Positions 62,451 through 64,000 of a stretch of 64,000 nucleotides of DNA are shown piece by piece. This DNA comes from Antedon mediterranea (lineage: Eukaryota > Animalia > Echinodermata): NCBI RefSeq assembly GCF_964355755.1, contig NC_092674.1:12090001-12154000 (forward strand). Direction: 5' to 3'. Made by a program: the position numbers and the translations under genes. Position 1 is the first letter of the stretch, and each line of letters starts with the position of its first letter. The notes under the pieces were generated by a model. That model saw only the letters and a list, made by a program, of their open reading frames with translations. It was not told where the DNA came from and did no database searches.

Positions 62451-64000
62451 AGATGTATTGTCCCCCAAAAAATGAAAAATAAAGATGAAAAAAATCAAAT
62501 TTTGAATAGACCGTTTTGTAGTTAACATAAAGTTATTCACTTCCACCGAAAAAAAATCCGAAAAAAATATTGATTTCGCTTATAAAAAAATCAAAATAAG
62601 TTTATCATTTTTTCGAACTCATCGGCTCAGAAATTAAGCCGGTAGAGCTAACTCATACATATGCATGATATGTTAATGAGCATCCACACAGCAGAGATCT
62701 GAATTCTGATCTAACAATGGAAGATGCACGTTGTATGTACAACAACACCACCAGAGATCGACGCGACTCGACTGTGGGTTTCCCTGGCCTGATCGTATAA
62801 ATATGTAAAGCTGAGCTGTTAATTTGTCGGTAAGTAGGCCTAGACGGTTATTTTAAATATAATATATATATAACGCAATAATAACAGGAAGGTAAATTAA
62901 TTAACTTAGCCTGGGATTTTTTCAGTTCAGGGCTAGGCCTAGAATAATTAATACATGCTGCTGCATATTACTAGGCTAGTAGCAAGCAGACTGTGACAAT
63001 CGGGTCCCTGCAGAAGATGCCCAGCTAGGCCCTATACATTGTACTCTTCATAGACTGGCCTAGGCTATATGCCATCAATCTTAGCTACATTCCGAAAATA
63101 CAGCCAGCTTGCTGTACCATATATATTTACAGTTGAAGCTTGTTTAACTAATTTTTATGATAAAAATAAAACAAACATTTTTCAGGGAAAATGGTTGCAA
63201 TACAAGCTTGAAATTGAGAACCTTCCAGCTAGCAGCACTGTACAAGTAGACAGAGGGGAAAAGCCAGCTTAGCCATTTTACAACACAAACAAATGTTCTC
63301 TGTACTGTAGTAAGTCAAATATTTGTTTTCTCTTTTTATAAGTTATAACATTATAAGTAATGTGTTTTAATTACCATAGAAAGGTAGTATACTTATTTGA
63401 CTATGTCAAAGTAAGCAATTTCACTAGCCCAATTTTGCACTAAATATGCATGATCTATTTTTTCCAGATTTTCATACTTTGCTTTTACTTTTTTTAAAGA
63501 CGTTGAGCTGATGAAGACTGGAACAGAGGTCACCCAAAGACAACAATGATAGACTCGGTATTGGAATATGATTGGATATTGCAGGAAAAATATTTCCGAC
63601 TCTCCTGCTGCATTCGGCCAATATGTTCTTGTCCAGCTTGTAAAATATTGTATAATTTTTTTTGTATTATATGTACAGTATATTATTTTGTAAACATAAC
63701 ATTCAATAAATAAAAAAAAACTACAACAGTACACAGGATAAATTCTTCAAATTTACTTACACTTCATAATTTTACTGTAAATATTACAGTGCAAAAGGAG
63801 TTAATAAAATATATATATACAGTATATCTTATTGAATTCCTGTATTGTTTTTTGTGTCAATTTGTCTAATAATTATCAATGTGTTGATTGTGGCAGTAAT
63901 TATGACAGCTATAGTCTTCTAAGATCGCTCACATTCATTACATAGTGTCATTTTAATAGTAAGAAACGTTTCAATAAATTGTGAATGTTGCCACTGTACG
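62451..64000 (+). mobile_element. Left part of a long Kolobok-type element of the AGATGTATTGTCCC family (right end not in window)
   Basis: AGATGTATTGTCCCCCAAAA and about 150 bp homologous to 22097-22250, then unique GC-richer sequence with a GGTAAGT donor (about 62829) and coding-like remnants. Extent is inferred. Confidence 0.5.

Overview
AT-rich, intron-containing invertebrate genomic DNA; the gene content and repeat families suggest an echinoderm or similar marine deuterostome (inference). I can reconstruct two host genes and part of a third. (1) A 29-exon minus-strand receptor tyrosine phosphatase (48139->30627, about 1456 aa, signal exon not found). Its ectodomain is Tie1/Tie2-like (Ig-Ig-EGFx4-FN3x4) but is joined to tandem PTP domains (catalytic motifs intact in D1, degenerate in D2) instead of a kinase. 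The acceptor of its last exon is tandemly duplicated. (2) A two-exon plus-strand gene (20570-20653 + 25586-27487) for a 661-aa secreted prepro-protein: signal peptide, acidic propeptide, KR site, then 614 aa of regularly punctuated polyglycine ending in G-K. (3) An isolated signal-peptide exon (5836->5770) of a minus-strand gene that runs out of the window. The rest is nested mobile DNA: a CR1/L2-group LINE with an SGNH-esterase ORF1, an L1/Tx1 LINE with an unusual repeat-containing inter-ORF region, and non-autonomous Academ-, Kolobok-, PIF/Harbinger- and Helentron-type elements, including a MITE inserted into its own twin. All coordinates and alignments were read by eye; no database searches were run.
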